Below, piece by piece: positions 18,174-27,031 of a DNA stretch of 64,000 nt. Position numbers and translations under genes: made by a program. Under the pieces are notes generated by a model, which worked only from the letters and a program-made list of their open reading frames with translations, was not told the origin of the DNA and ran no database searches. The stretch lies in the IMG/VR virus record IMGVR_UViG_3300028920_001041; one strand, given 5' to 3'. This stretch comes from an uncultured virus (IMG/VR IMGVR_UViG_3300028920_001041). Taxonomy: Duplodnaviria > Heunggongvirae > Uroviricota > Caudoviricetes. Position 1 is the first letter of the stretch; each line of letters starts with the position of its first letter.

Positions 18174-19052
18174 ATGGATCCTAATATAGAACAAAAATTC
18201 GAAAAAATGGGCGCGAGAATTAGTATTGGAGAGAACCCTGTACCTAATGTTAGACGATCGGACGAATTAGAAAATTCAAGTCTTACCGTTGATGTACTTA
18301 ATGACAAGAAAGGACAAATCTTCGATATTAAATATCGCGGAAAAGTTGATTTAACTGTGTTAGATTTGAAACCAGATGATCGCCATTTAGTATTACTTGC
18401 TAAACTATTTGATACCAATAAACCTCATCAAGAACCAGATAAAATTAAATTCTTATGTGGTCATGATGAAAGAGAATGGTTTAGCAGCCAACTTCCAAGT
18501 GGTGGTGTTACAAACGTTAATACTGCCAAACTTTCATTAGCGCCAAATGCTGTCCGTAGGAAACAAAAAAGGAATAAGCTGAAGATAAAAGATCGTGTAA
18601 AACGTAAAACTGCTGTATCTTTACGACAAGGAGAATGGTTCTTTGTCCCTGTCGATATTCCTGATCCTGATATGGATATAGTCCTTCGTAACGAACCATT
18701 AATGGTATCCAATACCCGTGGAGGTAGTAAACCACATATGGCGCAATTCGCGTATAGAACTGGAGGAACTACTGTATATATCCCTCAACTTCCATTCATG
18801 ATGGCTAAAGAAGTATCACAAACTGAACGCGAACGATTAGGTGCTGGTTTAACAGAACGCGAGAAGAAAGTGTATCTCCGTGAACATCCTAATTCTAAAC
18901 AGTGGAGTTGGACTCATCAAATTCGGAATCCTACGCTTTATGTGAAAGGAACAATCCGACATAAGGATCATGCTACACTTAAACTTCGCGGATGGCACCA
19001 AGTTCATATGAACGAAGAAGTTAGAGGACGATTTAATGTGTTCTTAGACTAG
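18174..19052 (+). CDS. conserved phage hypothetical protein
   Basis: FLCGHDEREWF, RQGEWFF, GTIRHKDH motifs; strong RBS. Confidence 0.75.
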   Translation: MDPNIEQKFEKMGARISIGENPVPNVRRSDELENSSLTVDVLNDKKGQIFDIKYRGKVDLTVLDLKPDDRHLVLLAKLFDTNKPHQEPDKIKFLCGHDEREWFSSQLPSGGVTNVNTAKLSLAPNAVRRKQKRNKLKIKDRVKRKTAVSLRQGEWFFVPVDIPDPDMDIVLRNEPLMVSNTRGGSKPHMAQFAYRTGGTTVYIPQLPFMMAKEVSQTERERLGAGLTEREKKVYLREHPNSKQWSWTHQIRNPTLYVKGTIRHKDHATLKLRGWHQVHMNEEVRGRFNVFLD

Positions 19053-19062
19053 AGGTAATAAC

Positions 19063-19437
19063 ATGAATTTAGTTTCTAAGACGCCTATTAAAAGGTATCA
19101 CATCAAACAGAAGTGTCGGGAAGTGGAGAGAATTATATTATTTAATTCTCTCCACTACGATGAAAAAGAAAGGATCATGACAAAAGTATTCATGGACTAT
19201 TTTGGTAACGATATCGATACAGATGAATCAGTATGTTGGTTTAACATTAATAATTATAGATGTAATCTACAATTACTATTTTCATCAGTGTATGTAAGAT
19301 TTCACAAAAAACCTAAGCCAACAGATGGTCAATTGAGTAATGTTATTAAGCGACTAACGTTAGCTAATTTTATTTTCAAGCATGCTAACCCTATCGGATT
19401 GATATTATTAGAAAAAATAATGTTTGAACTTTCCTAG
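19063..19437 (+). CDS. hypothetical, paralog family
   Basis: ends FIFKHANPIGLILLEKIMFELS. Confidence 0.7.
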   Translation: MNLVSKTPIKRYHIKQKCREVERIILFNSLHYDEKERIMTKVFMDYFGNDIDTDESVCWFNINNYRCNLQLLFSSVYVRFHKKPKPTDGQLSNVIKRLTLANFIFKHANPIGLILLEKIMFELS

Positions 19438-19461
19438 TCAGAAATTAAAATTTCTAATGTT

Positions 19462-19471
19462 ATAGAGAAAT
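19462..19471 (+). promoter_or_regulatory. phage promoter motif (ATAGAGAAAT)
   Basis: upstream of 19524. Confidence 0.6.
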
Positions 19472-19523
19472 AGTCAATACGAACAAATAAACTTACCGGC
19501 ATAAATCTTTCGAGGAGGAACGT

Positions 19524-20363
19524 ATGTATTACATTAACCATGAGTATTTAAGTAGTCTTGAGAATCCCCATGAAGCAATTACAGAGGATGTTTGGAGATC
19601 GTGGAGAGCAACTCTTCTTGACAAAAGCGTGTCATCAGAAGATTATCAGACTCTTTTGGGTATGAGTATTAAAACGATTGCTACAAATGCCGGAGTTCTT
19701 TGGAAAACAGATTCGGGTGATAAAATTGGAGACATTCTTAAACAAGATTTTATTGACATTAAAAACCGCCCCCACATTGGTAGATGGATTAAAAAGGCAA
19801 TTACATTAACAGTCGCAAAATTGGTGGAATTTGATGGTGAAGTAGTCAGAAAGGTTGTGACATTACCACCATCAGAAAAAGAATTAGATGCAGTCGCTCG
19901 AAAAGAAGCATATAACGAGAGCAGAATTAAAATTAATAAGTATATTACCGACGCTCGTAAAACTGTTGATGATACAAATTATGAAGAGACGATGAAGAAT
20001 TTCATTAAATTGACACTTTATGAGATTTCTACTCTTGGTGGATTCTCAGAAGACCGATTGAAGAGATATCTACCAATCGCATTCGCTAAATTTTATCACA
20101 ACAAAACATTTAAAGATATATCGGATCAATTCGATACACAACACGGCGTCGTAAACAATATTATTAATCGGGTAACTGACGATTTTAAAGAAAAAATTAT
20201 GGCAACATCTGATGAACTCGAAGTGTTCGATAAAAAGTTCATGACATTCTATGAGCATACATTTGGGATACTCGATCAAACAGATAAAGTTAAATGGGGT
20301 CAACGATTGAAATTAATGAAGAATTTCAGAAAATATTTTGTTGGACGAGATTTAGATTCATAA
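19524..20363 (+). CDS. HTH protein, possibly sigma-factor-like
   Basis: KTFKDISDQFDTQHGVVNNIINRV resembles sigma region-4 HTH; own promoter and terminator (20368-20406). Confidence 0.4.
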   Translation: MYYINHEYLSSLENPHEAITEDVWRSWRATLLDKSVSSEDYQTLLGMSIKTIATNAGVLWKTDSGDKIGDILKQDFIDIKNRPHIGRWIKKAITLTVAKLVEFDGEVVRKVVTLPPSEKELDAVARKEAYNESRIKINKYITDARKTVDDTNYEETMKNFIKLTLYEISTLGGFSEDRLKRYLPIAFAKFYHNKTFKDISDQFDTQHGVVNNIINRVTDDFKEKIMATSDELEVFDKKFMTFYEHTFGILDQTDKVKWGQRLKLMKNFRKYFVGRDLDS

Positions 20364-20415
20364 CGTAAAGGCAGGGTTCATTCCCTGCCTTCGTTACTTT
20401 ATTTTTATTAGTTAT

Positions 20416-20425
20416 ATATAGAAAT
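20416..20425 (+). promoter_or_regulatory. phage promoter motif
   Basis: ATATAGAAAT. Confidence 0.7.
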
Positions 20426-20445
20426 TATAGTCATAGGAGAATAAT

Positions 20446-20652
20446 ATGTCAGACGCATACAAGAAACAGATTCTCCGTGATTATTGTTCTTATATGATTG
20501 AGAATCGTTTTAAACTATATTTAAATGTTGTTACTGCAATAAACATGCTTGGTAAACTACAAAGATTTAGATTTAGAATTGATCGTGATAAAGTTCCTGA
20601 TGTGAGCAAATGTATAGCCAACTTAGAAAGAAAACTATTTAGGAGGGTGTGA
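20446..20652 (+). CDS. hypothetical protein with C-terminal tag
   Basis: ends LERKLFRRV. Confidence 0.65.
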   Translation: MSDAYKKQILRDYCSYMIENRFKLYLNVVTAINMLGKLQRFRFRIDRDKVPDVSKCIANLERKLFRRV

Positions 20653-21548
20653 TGAAAAAAGAATCAAGAAAAGAAATATTGTTAAGAATCAAATCAAACC
20701 TGGAATCAATATTCACTGGTGTTAATGATGTGTCACCAGACCTATCGGTAAAAGTGATGGGATCTATTAAAGATTTAGAATCAGTGACTGGTTCCGTTGC
20801 TACTGATCATGCGATACATAACAGATCACAAAACTTCGCAAATGACCACAAAGATTTTTGTGTGGAGATTAGTAAGAAGTTTGAGGAAAAAGGATTACAA
20901 TATTTCATTCACATTGCAGATCAATTAGGGAACAACACCATATCATATGGTAAAATGGATGAGCCGGTTATGATAAAAAGTATCGCTGGGGCAATGATTA
21001 TGTCAAAGATGATATTTCAAGGTGTTGTTCGAGAATTAGGCATGAACGAAAATTGTGTAGAATGTATTACTAACGTTCCACCTGAAATTAAGGAAGGATA
21101 TAGTGCTGATGGTCTATTCAAAGATGGAGAAATCCCGCAGAGACTTAAGCATATGCTCGAAGAAAAGCTCGGTGGAAAATTAGTTGAAATGGGAACAATT
21201 CAAAAATATGATGACTTATTTCAACCCTCTATCAAAATGATTATTGATGCGATTAACAATCATTCGGAACCTGATGCCTTATTAAAAGTAATTGCTGGTC
21301 TTGGCCCAAAAAAAGTAATAGATCAACTACTTAGATCGTTAGGCGTAACAGATGATTTCGTTTTTAGTAAAAATATACCGAATCTGGGGTCATTTTCAAT
21401 TGAACGATTAGAAATGTTTGAAAAACAGTTAATTAATAAAAATGATTCTATGTCAAAGTATTTATTAAGTGTTCTTCAAGAACACATGGCGAGAAGAAGA
21501 AAGGAGGAAACGAAAGATGAGTCTGGTGTCGACGTTCGTAAAGATTAA
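20649..21548 (+). CDS. hypothetical protein
   Basis: 299-aa ORF, RBS. Confidence 0.75.
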   Translation: MMKKESRKEILLRIKSNLESIFTGVNDVSPDLSVKVMGSIKDLESVTGSVATDHAIHNRSQNFANDHKDFCVEISKKFEEKGLQYFIHIADQLGNNTISYGKMDEPVMIKSIAGAMIMSKMIFQGVVRELGMNENCVECITNVPPEIKEGYSADGLFKDGEIPQRLKHMLEEKLGGKLVEMGTIQKYDDLFQPSIKMIIDAINNHSEPDALLKVIAGLGPKKVIDQLLRSLGVTDDFVFSKNIPNLGSFSIERLEMFEKQLINKNDSMSKYLLSVLQEHMARRRKEETKDESGVDVRKD

Positions 21549-21963
21549 TGGTAAATGGTATCAAGATCCCAAAATTACAGATAACACTAATGAATGGTTT
21601 ATCTGTTTCGACGATGATGATGACCCTGAAATTGTCGTCCATTGTCCGAAACAACTATCTAAAAAAGATAGATTTGAGAAAATCAATAAAATCTTAGTAG
21701 ATTCAAATATTGATGCTGAAATTAAATCCCATGGAGGATCTGGATCTAGAATGTTTCCTCCAAACCAATTAAAAATATCCAAACCCGCCATACGAGCATT
21801 CCTTACAATTAATCACCTACAGAATATACAACATTTAGACCTCGAGTATAATAGTGTTTTGGTTAATGAACCTACCAATAGGGAATGTCACATTATAAAG
21901 TTTGAAGGAGACATAGAAAATTTAAATAAATTGGCTAAATGTCTCAATCCATTTAATGAGTAA
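21517..21963 (+). CDS. hypothetical protein
   Basis: AAGGAGG RBS before MSLVST. Confidence 0.65.
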   Translation: MSLVSTFVKINGKWYQDPKITDNTNEWFICFDDDDDPEIVVHCPKQLSKKDRFEKINKILVDSNIDAEIKSHGGSGSRMFPPNQLKISKPAIRAFLTINHLQNIQHLDLEYNSVLVNEPTNRECHIIKFEGDIENLNKLAKCLNPFNE

Positions 21964-22048
21964 AAGGAGAATTATGGCAGACATAGTACTCAAACAACAA
22001 GGCGAATAAAAAGTAGAGCGCGAGAGGTGATGAACCCCTCCGCTCTAC

Positions 22049-23131
22049 TCAATCTTTTTCTTCATAGACATACGTTTCTATACAATCCCATGTATTAGGA
22101 GGATCAGTTGTATATCTATGTAATAAAACATCTTGATCCAATATTAATACAGATCTACCTATTTCGTTAATTGGCATAAAATGTAAATGATTACCTTTTA
22201 ACTTTTTGATCGGTATCATATAATAATCAGATATTAAACTTAATTCTTCAGCTGTTAAACTATCTAATTCAACCTTTTCGAATACGGCAAAGTTTAAAGG
22301 ATACAAACATTTTCTATTGACCATTTTAGAATCTAATAGAAACATATATCTGTAGAACATTAACTCATTTTGTGGTTTAATATTATAAAGTTGACATAAT
22401 AATTCGTATTGAAGTATTGAATTAGGGAATACATAAGGGCAATAGTAAAATATCTCAGCAATTGGTTTTAATACTATTTGTCTAAAGTATTCTAATGTGT
22501 TCTCTCTAATAAATTTATAATTATCATTAGGTATTATTCTTACATCATCGACTCGTTTTCCATCCAGGAAACCCACAATATTAATCTTCTGATTCTTTTC
22601 AACAATATTAAAGAATAATGGTACCTTCATAGTGTGACTTTTCTGAAAATCATTAACATCCCCATAAAAATCATTCTGAATATACTCAAAACAATCTGTG
22701 GTAAGCAATTCAACAAAACAATTTTCTAACATATACACAGCGATTAACCTAGATGGATCTAAAAGTAAATCGCTAAGATGTTCTCTAGTGTTTTGTATGT
22801 TTACTCCTGTATCGATATTGTTTTCATATGCATATATATCGTTGCGCAATATAAAGTTTAAAAAATTTTCTAGGCGCTGCCGGTTCACAATTTTAATAAT
22901 CTTATTAAAGTACATAAAATAATTTTTATGTACGGGAAAATAATAATGAATTGGATTTCTAGTTTGTGATTCAATATCCACACATATAATTCTTGGTGTT
23001 TCACCTAATACTAAATTCGGGTTGGAGACAAAATTTTGAGAGACACATGCTTTTAAGAACTGCTGTGTGCTTACTGGGTATATACCTACTTTACTACTTT
23101 TAACTAATTTAACATTGTGTTTATTTTCCAT
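22049..23131 (-). CDS. hypothetical protein
   Basis: GGAGG RBS; promoter 23161-23170(-); convergent hairpin at 22012-22049. Confidence 0.75.
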   Translation of the reverse strand: MENKHNVKLVKSSKVGIYPVSTQQFLKACVSQNFVSNPNLVLGETPRIICVDIESQTRNPIHYYFPVHKNYFMYFNKIIKIVNRQRLENFLNFILRNDIYAYENNIDTGVNIQNTREHLSDLLLDPSRLIAVYMLENCFVELLTTDCFEYIQNDFYGDVNDFQKSHTMKVPLFFNIVEKNQKINIVGFLDGKRVDDVRIIPNDNYKFIRENTLEYFRQIVLKPIAEIFYYCPYVFPNSILQYELLCQLYNIKPQNELMFYRYMFLLDSKMVNRKCLYPLNFAVFEKVELDSLTAEELSLISDYYMIPIKKLKGNHLHFMPINEIGRSVLILDQDVLLHRYTTDPPNTWDCIETYVYEEKD

Positions 23132-23160
23132 ACTTACCTCCAATAGAATGTATGTCAATT

Positions 23161-23204
23161 ATTTCTATATAACTTTTGAACTTTTAAGTATTATATATAG
23201 AAAT
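23161..23204. promoter_or_regulatory. divergent pair of phage promoter motifs
   Basis: ATATAGAAAT on minus (23161-23170) and plus (23195-23204). Confidence 0.7.
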
Positions 23205-23378
23205 TATAAAATAATATAAACACTCAACAAAAGGAGGAGTTTAATTATCGAGAGGAGTCAGAAAAAAACTAACCCCATAGGTAATTTTCTCTTCTCGAAA
23301 GAATAACTACTTGTCAAGCATATGTTAGATAATGTTTGATTAAATATACAGTAGTAAATTCGAATAGAAAGGAGGAAC

Positions 23379-23435
23379 ATGCCCTATGCCGTTAGTTCAG
23401 TCAGCACCATGCGCTATGCACGATTTTCCGCATAA
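23379..23435 (+). CDS. 18-aa peptide (leader/micropeptide candidate)
   Basis: AGAAAGGAGG RBS; MPYAVSSVSTMRYARFSA. Confidence 0.35.
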   Translation: MPYAVSSVSTMRYARFSA

Positions 23436-23630
23436 TAAAATCAAATGTGGGATTTCAGGCGGATCAGGATTCTAGACCATACCAAAAATTATCCAGTTAG
23501 ATTAATTATTATGCAAGACCAGAGAGAGATTAGGAGGAGAATGAATTGATACTAAAGCTAAATATTACATAAAATTTTGAGCTATATCCTAAATTTTCTA
23601 AAAATCTGCAAAGATTACGGAAAATAAATA

Positions 23631-23659
23631 TTGACAAACGTCAATAATTATTGTATAAG
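23631..23659 (+). promoter_or_regulatory. sigma70-like promoter overlapping a palindrome
   Basis: TTGACA-17-TATAAG; TATTGAC-N4-GTCAATA. Confidence 0.45.
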
Positions 23660-23662
23660 TGT

Positions 23663-23720
23663 GTGTACTGATGGGTACATACACCCCATCAGTACACCTT
23701 TTGCAGGTTTACTTTTTTTT
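23663..23720 (+). terminator. intrinsic terminator
   Basis: GTGTACTGATGGG/CCCATCAGTACAC plus T tracts. Confidence 0.75.
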
Positions 23721-23782
23721 CATAAAATATAAAGAAATGGTAATATTAATAGTAACAAACATCGGCATAAAGGAGTGATTCA

Positions 23783-24178
23783 ATGCTAAGATTAAGAGAT
23801 CTTATGCAATTCCCACCTTTTTACTCGAAAAGGCAGGGTAGTATTCGTCAAACAGAAATTAATATTACAGGAATCGATAAACAGGAAAATTTTACAGAAA
23901 TTACAGGTCAATCAAAAGATTATAAACAAACAATTAGAATTTTCGGGCAACAACTTATCCCTAACTCTGCAGTACAGGTCATCTGTACCTGTCAGAGTTT
24001 TAAATTTGAATTTGCGCATGCACTTCTTAAACATGAAAGTCTTCTTACTCCTGAAACGTTTAAAACCGAACTCCTAGGTAAACCTACTAAGAAGAATCCT
24101 TATTTAATACCAAGTGGATGCAAACATATTATCGCACTAGCAAATGTATTTAATAAACATAAACATAAGTACAATTAA
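23783..24178 (+). CDS. SWIM zinc-finger protein
   Basis: VICTCQSFKF...GCKHIIAL; promoter 23729-23738. Confidence 0.7.
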   Translation: MLRLRDLMQFPPFYSKRQGSIRQTEINITGIDKQENFTEITGQSKDYKQTIRIFGQQLIPNSAVQVICTCQSFKFEFAHALLKHESLLTPETFKTELLGKPTKKNPYLIPSGCKHIIALANVFNKHKHKYN

Positions 24179-24188
24179 GGAGAACAAT

Positions 24189-24671
24189 ATGAGTAACAGT
24201 ACAATACTAAAAGAGAATCATGATATTGATGAACATAAAACGGAAACAATACCTGTTGTTCCTGATACAATTAACGATAAAGGAGATCGAGCAGAAGCGA
24301 TGCTTGCGGCCACTGCTAATATAGAAAAACCACAACAAGAAAAAAACAAACTAACAGAATCTCCTAAACCATCAACAATCCATGTTAATTTCAGTAGTAA
24401 CAGCGATAAGATTAAGATTCAATCTAAAGCAACAGGAGAAAAGAACGTAGTCGTTGCTGCTAATAAAAAGATTCATTTAATTCATGGACGACTTTATTTT
24501 ATTCCTGTAGATTCTGAAGTAAATAGTGACGAATATGGAAACATGAAACAATTTAGCGAAACAACCGATAAATATGATGTTAAGTACATTAAAAATAGTA
24601 TTGCATGCATAGATCCTATTCTTCATAATGCAATTATCGAAGACACTCAACAATTATGTGTGTTATGGTAA
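24189..24671 (+). CDS. hypothetical protein
   Basis: AAGGAG RBS. Confidence 0.65.
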   Translation: MSNSTILKENHDIDEHKTETIPVVPDTINDKGDRAEAMLAATANIEKPQQEKNKLTESPKPSTIHVNFSSNSDKIKIQSKATGEKNVVVAANKKIHLIHGRLYFIPVDSEVNSDEYGNMKQFSETTDKYDVKYIKNSIACIDPILHNAIIEDTQQLCVLW

Positions 24672-24686
24672 AATAATCTAAGGAGT

Positions 24687-25133
24687 GTGCTAATGGCTTA
24701 TAGACTGCCTCCAGATATAGAAGCAGAGATACAAAAAAGATTTGGTGAAGTACATGTACCGACTATTGTTGACGCTATATTCCAAGCTATATTGTCTAAA
24801 ACTATAAAAGATTCGAGTTGTACTGTAAGAGAATTTGGGAAATTTCTTGCATTTGTTACTCACTCAGAAAGAATGAGTAAGGAAACAGTTCGATTTAAAT
24901 TTAAGTTATCATCTGCCTTAAATCAAAAGATTCGTACAGATAGATATCTTTTAGAAAATTTACCAATTAAAGCAAGGAATGTATTTGACGAGAGTAATGA
25001 AAAAGCTTGTGAAACAAGACAACCACAAAAGATCGCTAATTCTGAAGCAATATCAAAAGCTAACCAACATAGTCGTAAGAAAACAGATGAAGCAATAGCA
25101 GCAGAAACAGTTCAAAGAATTGTTAACAAATAA
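24687..25133 (+). CDS. HU/IHF-like DNA-binding protein (divergent)
   Basis: IVDAIFQAI...CTVREFGKF...RFKFKLSSAL. Confidence 0.5.
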   Translation: MLMAYRLPPDIEAEIQKRFGEVHVPTIVDAIFQAILSKTIKDSSCTVREFGKFLAFVTHSERMSKETVRFKFKLSSALNQKIRTDRYLLENLPIKARNVFDESNEKACETRQPQKIANSEAISKANQHSRKKTDEAIAAETVQRIVNK

Positions 25134-25199
25134 ATATTCTCTTTTGAAGGAGATCGTGTATGTTATCAATAACTTAGTAACTATGTAAAAGGGAATAAT

Positions 25200-26351
25200 A
25201 TGACTAAGAAAACTTTTAAAGAAAGCAGATTAGGTACTTATGTAATTAGTCCTAAAGGTCTTATTGGGAAAAATCAAGAAATTGATGAGAATGGAATCTT
25301 CTCACAAGCAATATTTGGTCCTATACACAATTATAGATGTAAATGTGGTAATCTAAAAACTCAAGTTTTAGATTCTGGAAAATTATGTCCTAAATGTGGA
25401 GTAATATGCGGATCTAATAATCTTAGATTAAGAACCTTTGGTAAAATCAAATTAGTGTTCCCTGTAATTAAACCAACAAAAAAATTAAAACTTAGTCGAA
25501 TAGTTGGTAAACAAAATAAGACTCTTCTGGAACCAAAATTCGCAGACGCATCTAAAAGTGAAACACGATATTTGGCCGTTCAAAAGGACGGCCAAAGATT
25601 ATTAGTGGTTAATCAATTAAATAACAACAATAATTGTTACACTATTCCTTTTAGAATCACTGGAATATATAGTTTTATATTAGTATTAAAATATGTAGCT
25701 ACTCACTTTAAACTTGATATAGCCAAGAAATTATTTGATGAAGAACATATAATTAAAGTATTAAGAGTTATTCCTCCTGATCTACGAATGGCGAAAATAG
25801 ATCCAGAAAGAAACGAAATAAGATCTCCAAAAGTAAACGATTATTATACAAGCGTATTAAATTTAAATAAATCACATGGTGCCTTACTTTCCAATCTTAA
25901 AGTAGATGAAGAAATGTGGATGGCACAAATCAATACAAATATTAAAAACAATCTATGGGGTGAAGAGATTGTCGAAGCTGCTGTGATGGAAATGGATAGT
26001 ATCACAGCAAGATATCAATACTTTGTTAATCAAGTATACCAAGAAATTTATGACCAATTATCCGGCAAATTAGGGCTAATCAGATCTTCTATCCTTGGAA
26101 GAACGATAGAATTTTCGGCAAGGTCTGTCATTAGAGTTGATCCTAGCATACGCCCATATGAAGTTAAAGTAGCAAAGAAGATTCTATATAAGCTATGGCA
26201 TCCATATTATTTACACTATCTATCAACTATAGAGAATATGGATTTTGATTATTGCTTTGAGAACATATCTAGTAAAAATTATGCGGATAATAAAGAATCG
26301 TTTAATCGATTTCTTGTATGGTTTCAAGCAGAACATAGGGAGACATCATGA
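25200..26351 (+). CDS. RNA polymerase beta' subunit, N-terminal part (non-virion type)
   Basis: GIFSQAIFGP, CKCG...CPKCG zinc finger, RVIPPDLR, GKLGLIRSSILGRTIEFSARSVI. Confidence 0.9.
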   Translation: MTKKTFKESRLGTYVISPKGLIGKNQEIDENGIFSQAIFGPIHNYRCKCGNLKTQVLDSGKLCPKCGVICGSNNLRLRTFGKIKLVFPVIKPTKKLKLSRIVGKQNKTLLEPKFADASKSETRYLAVQKDGQRLLVVNQLNNNNNCYTIPFRITGIYSFILVLKYVATHFKLDIAKKLFDEEHIIKVLRVIPPDLRMAKIDPERNEIRSPKVNDYYTSVLNLNKSHGALLSNLKVDEEMWMAQINTNIKNNLWGEEIVEAAVMEMDSITARYQYFVNQVYQEIYDQLSGKLGLIRSSILGRTIEFSARSVIRVDPSIRPYEVKVAKKILYKLWHPYYLHYLSTIENMDFDYCFENISSKNYADNKESFNRFLVWFQAEHRETS

Positions 26352-26551
26352 ATTATCCATCAATTGAACGAGTTGCATTTTTCATGAATATGGTACTATC
26401 AGGGGTTCAATTAGATTCCGAAGCTGCTAAAGAAGAATTAAAAAACGATGATGTATTATTTAATTACATGGGAAATGGTGCTAGCGATTCATTAACTGTT
26501 AAAGATATAACTGGGTTTATAGAGGAGGTTAATCGAATAGAACATGAATGA
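26348..26551 (+). CDS. hypothetical protein
   Basis: coupled ORF. Confidence 0.6.
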   Translation: MNYPSIERVAFFMNMVLSGVQLDSEAAKEELKNDDVLFNYMGNGASDSLTVKDITGFIEEVNRIEHE

Positions 26552-26792
26552 TACTGGATATCATTATAAATATTCATTTCTCTGGGAAGGATATACATAT
26601 AAACTACAAATATCTAACCCAGGGAATGAATACGTTCTATTAAAATTTTTAGGAGCAATTCATGATGATTATACTCGAATCGAAAGAAAACTTATTAGTG
26701 AACCAGCAATATTAAATTTTTTAATCATGGAAAATGTACCAATGATACATTATGTAGAAATCGAGAAACTATTTATGGAGAGAATAACATGA
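26544..26792 (+). CDS. hypothetical protein with C-terminal tag
   Basis: ends IEKLFMERIT. Confidence 0.6.
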   Translation: MNDTGYHYKYSFLWEGYTYKLQISNPGNEYVLLKFLGAIHDDYTRIERKLISEPAILNFLIMENVPMIHYVEIEKLFMERIT

Positions 26793-27031
26793 CAGTCATA
26801 TATAATCGAAATAAATTCTTCCAAATGAATAAAACAAAACAAGACAAATTAATAGGATTCGTCCCACATAAAAATGGTCCAATAATATTCTATGATATGT
26901 TTGCTATTGCTGATACACTCCATATTATTGAAAATTGGAGTAGTCATGGAGTTCAATTATACTTTCAAAGAGTTTATCTTAGAGAATTAAACATGTGGTA
27001 TCAAGAAAGTCGAAAGGAGGCGAATAAATAA
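26789..27031 (+). CDS. hypothetical protein
   Basis: coupled ORF. Confidence 0.6.
   Translation: MTVIYNRNKFFQMNKTKQDKLIGFVPHKNGPIIFYDMFAIADTLHIIENWSSHGVQLYFQRVYLRELNMWYQESRKEANK

Noticed and set aside
26352..27030. Intron splitting the beta' gene
   Set aside because: Gap is filled by three coupled ORFs and 27031 has its own AAGGAGG RBS; natural split as in other jumbo phages
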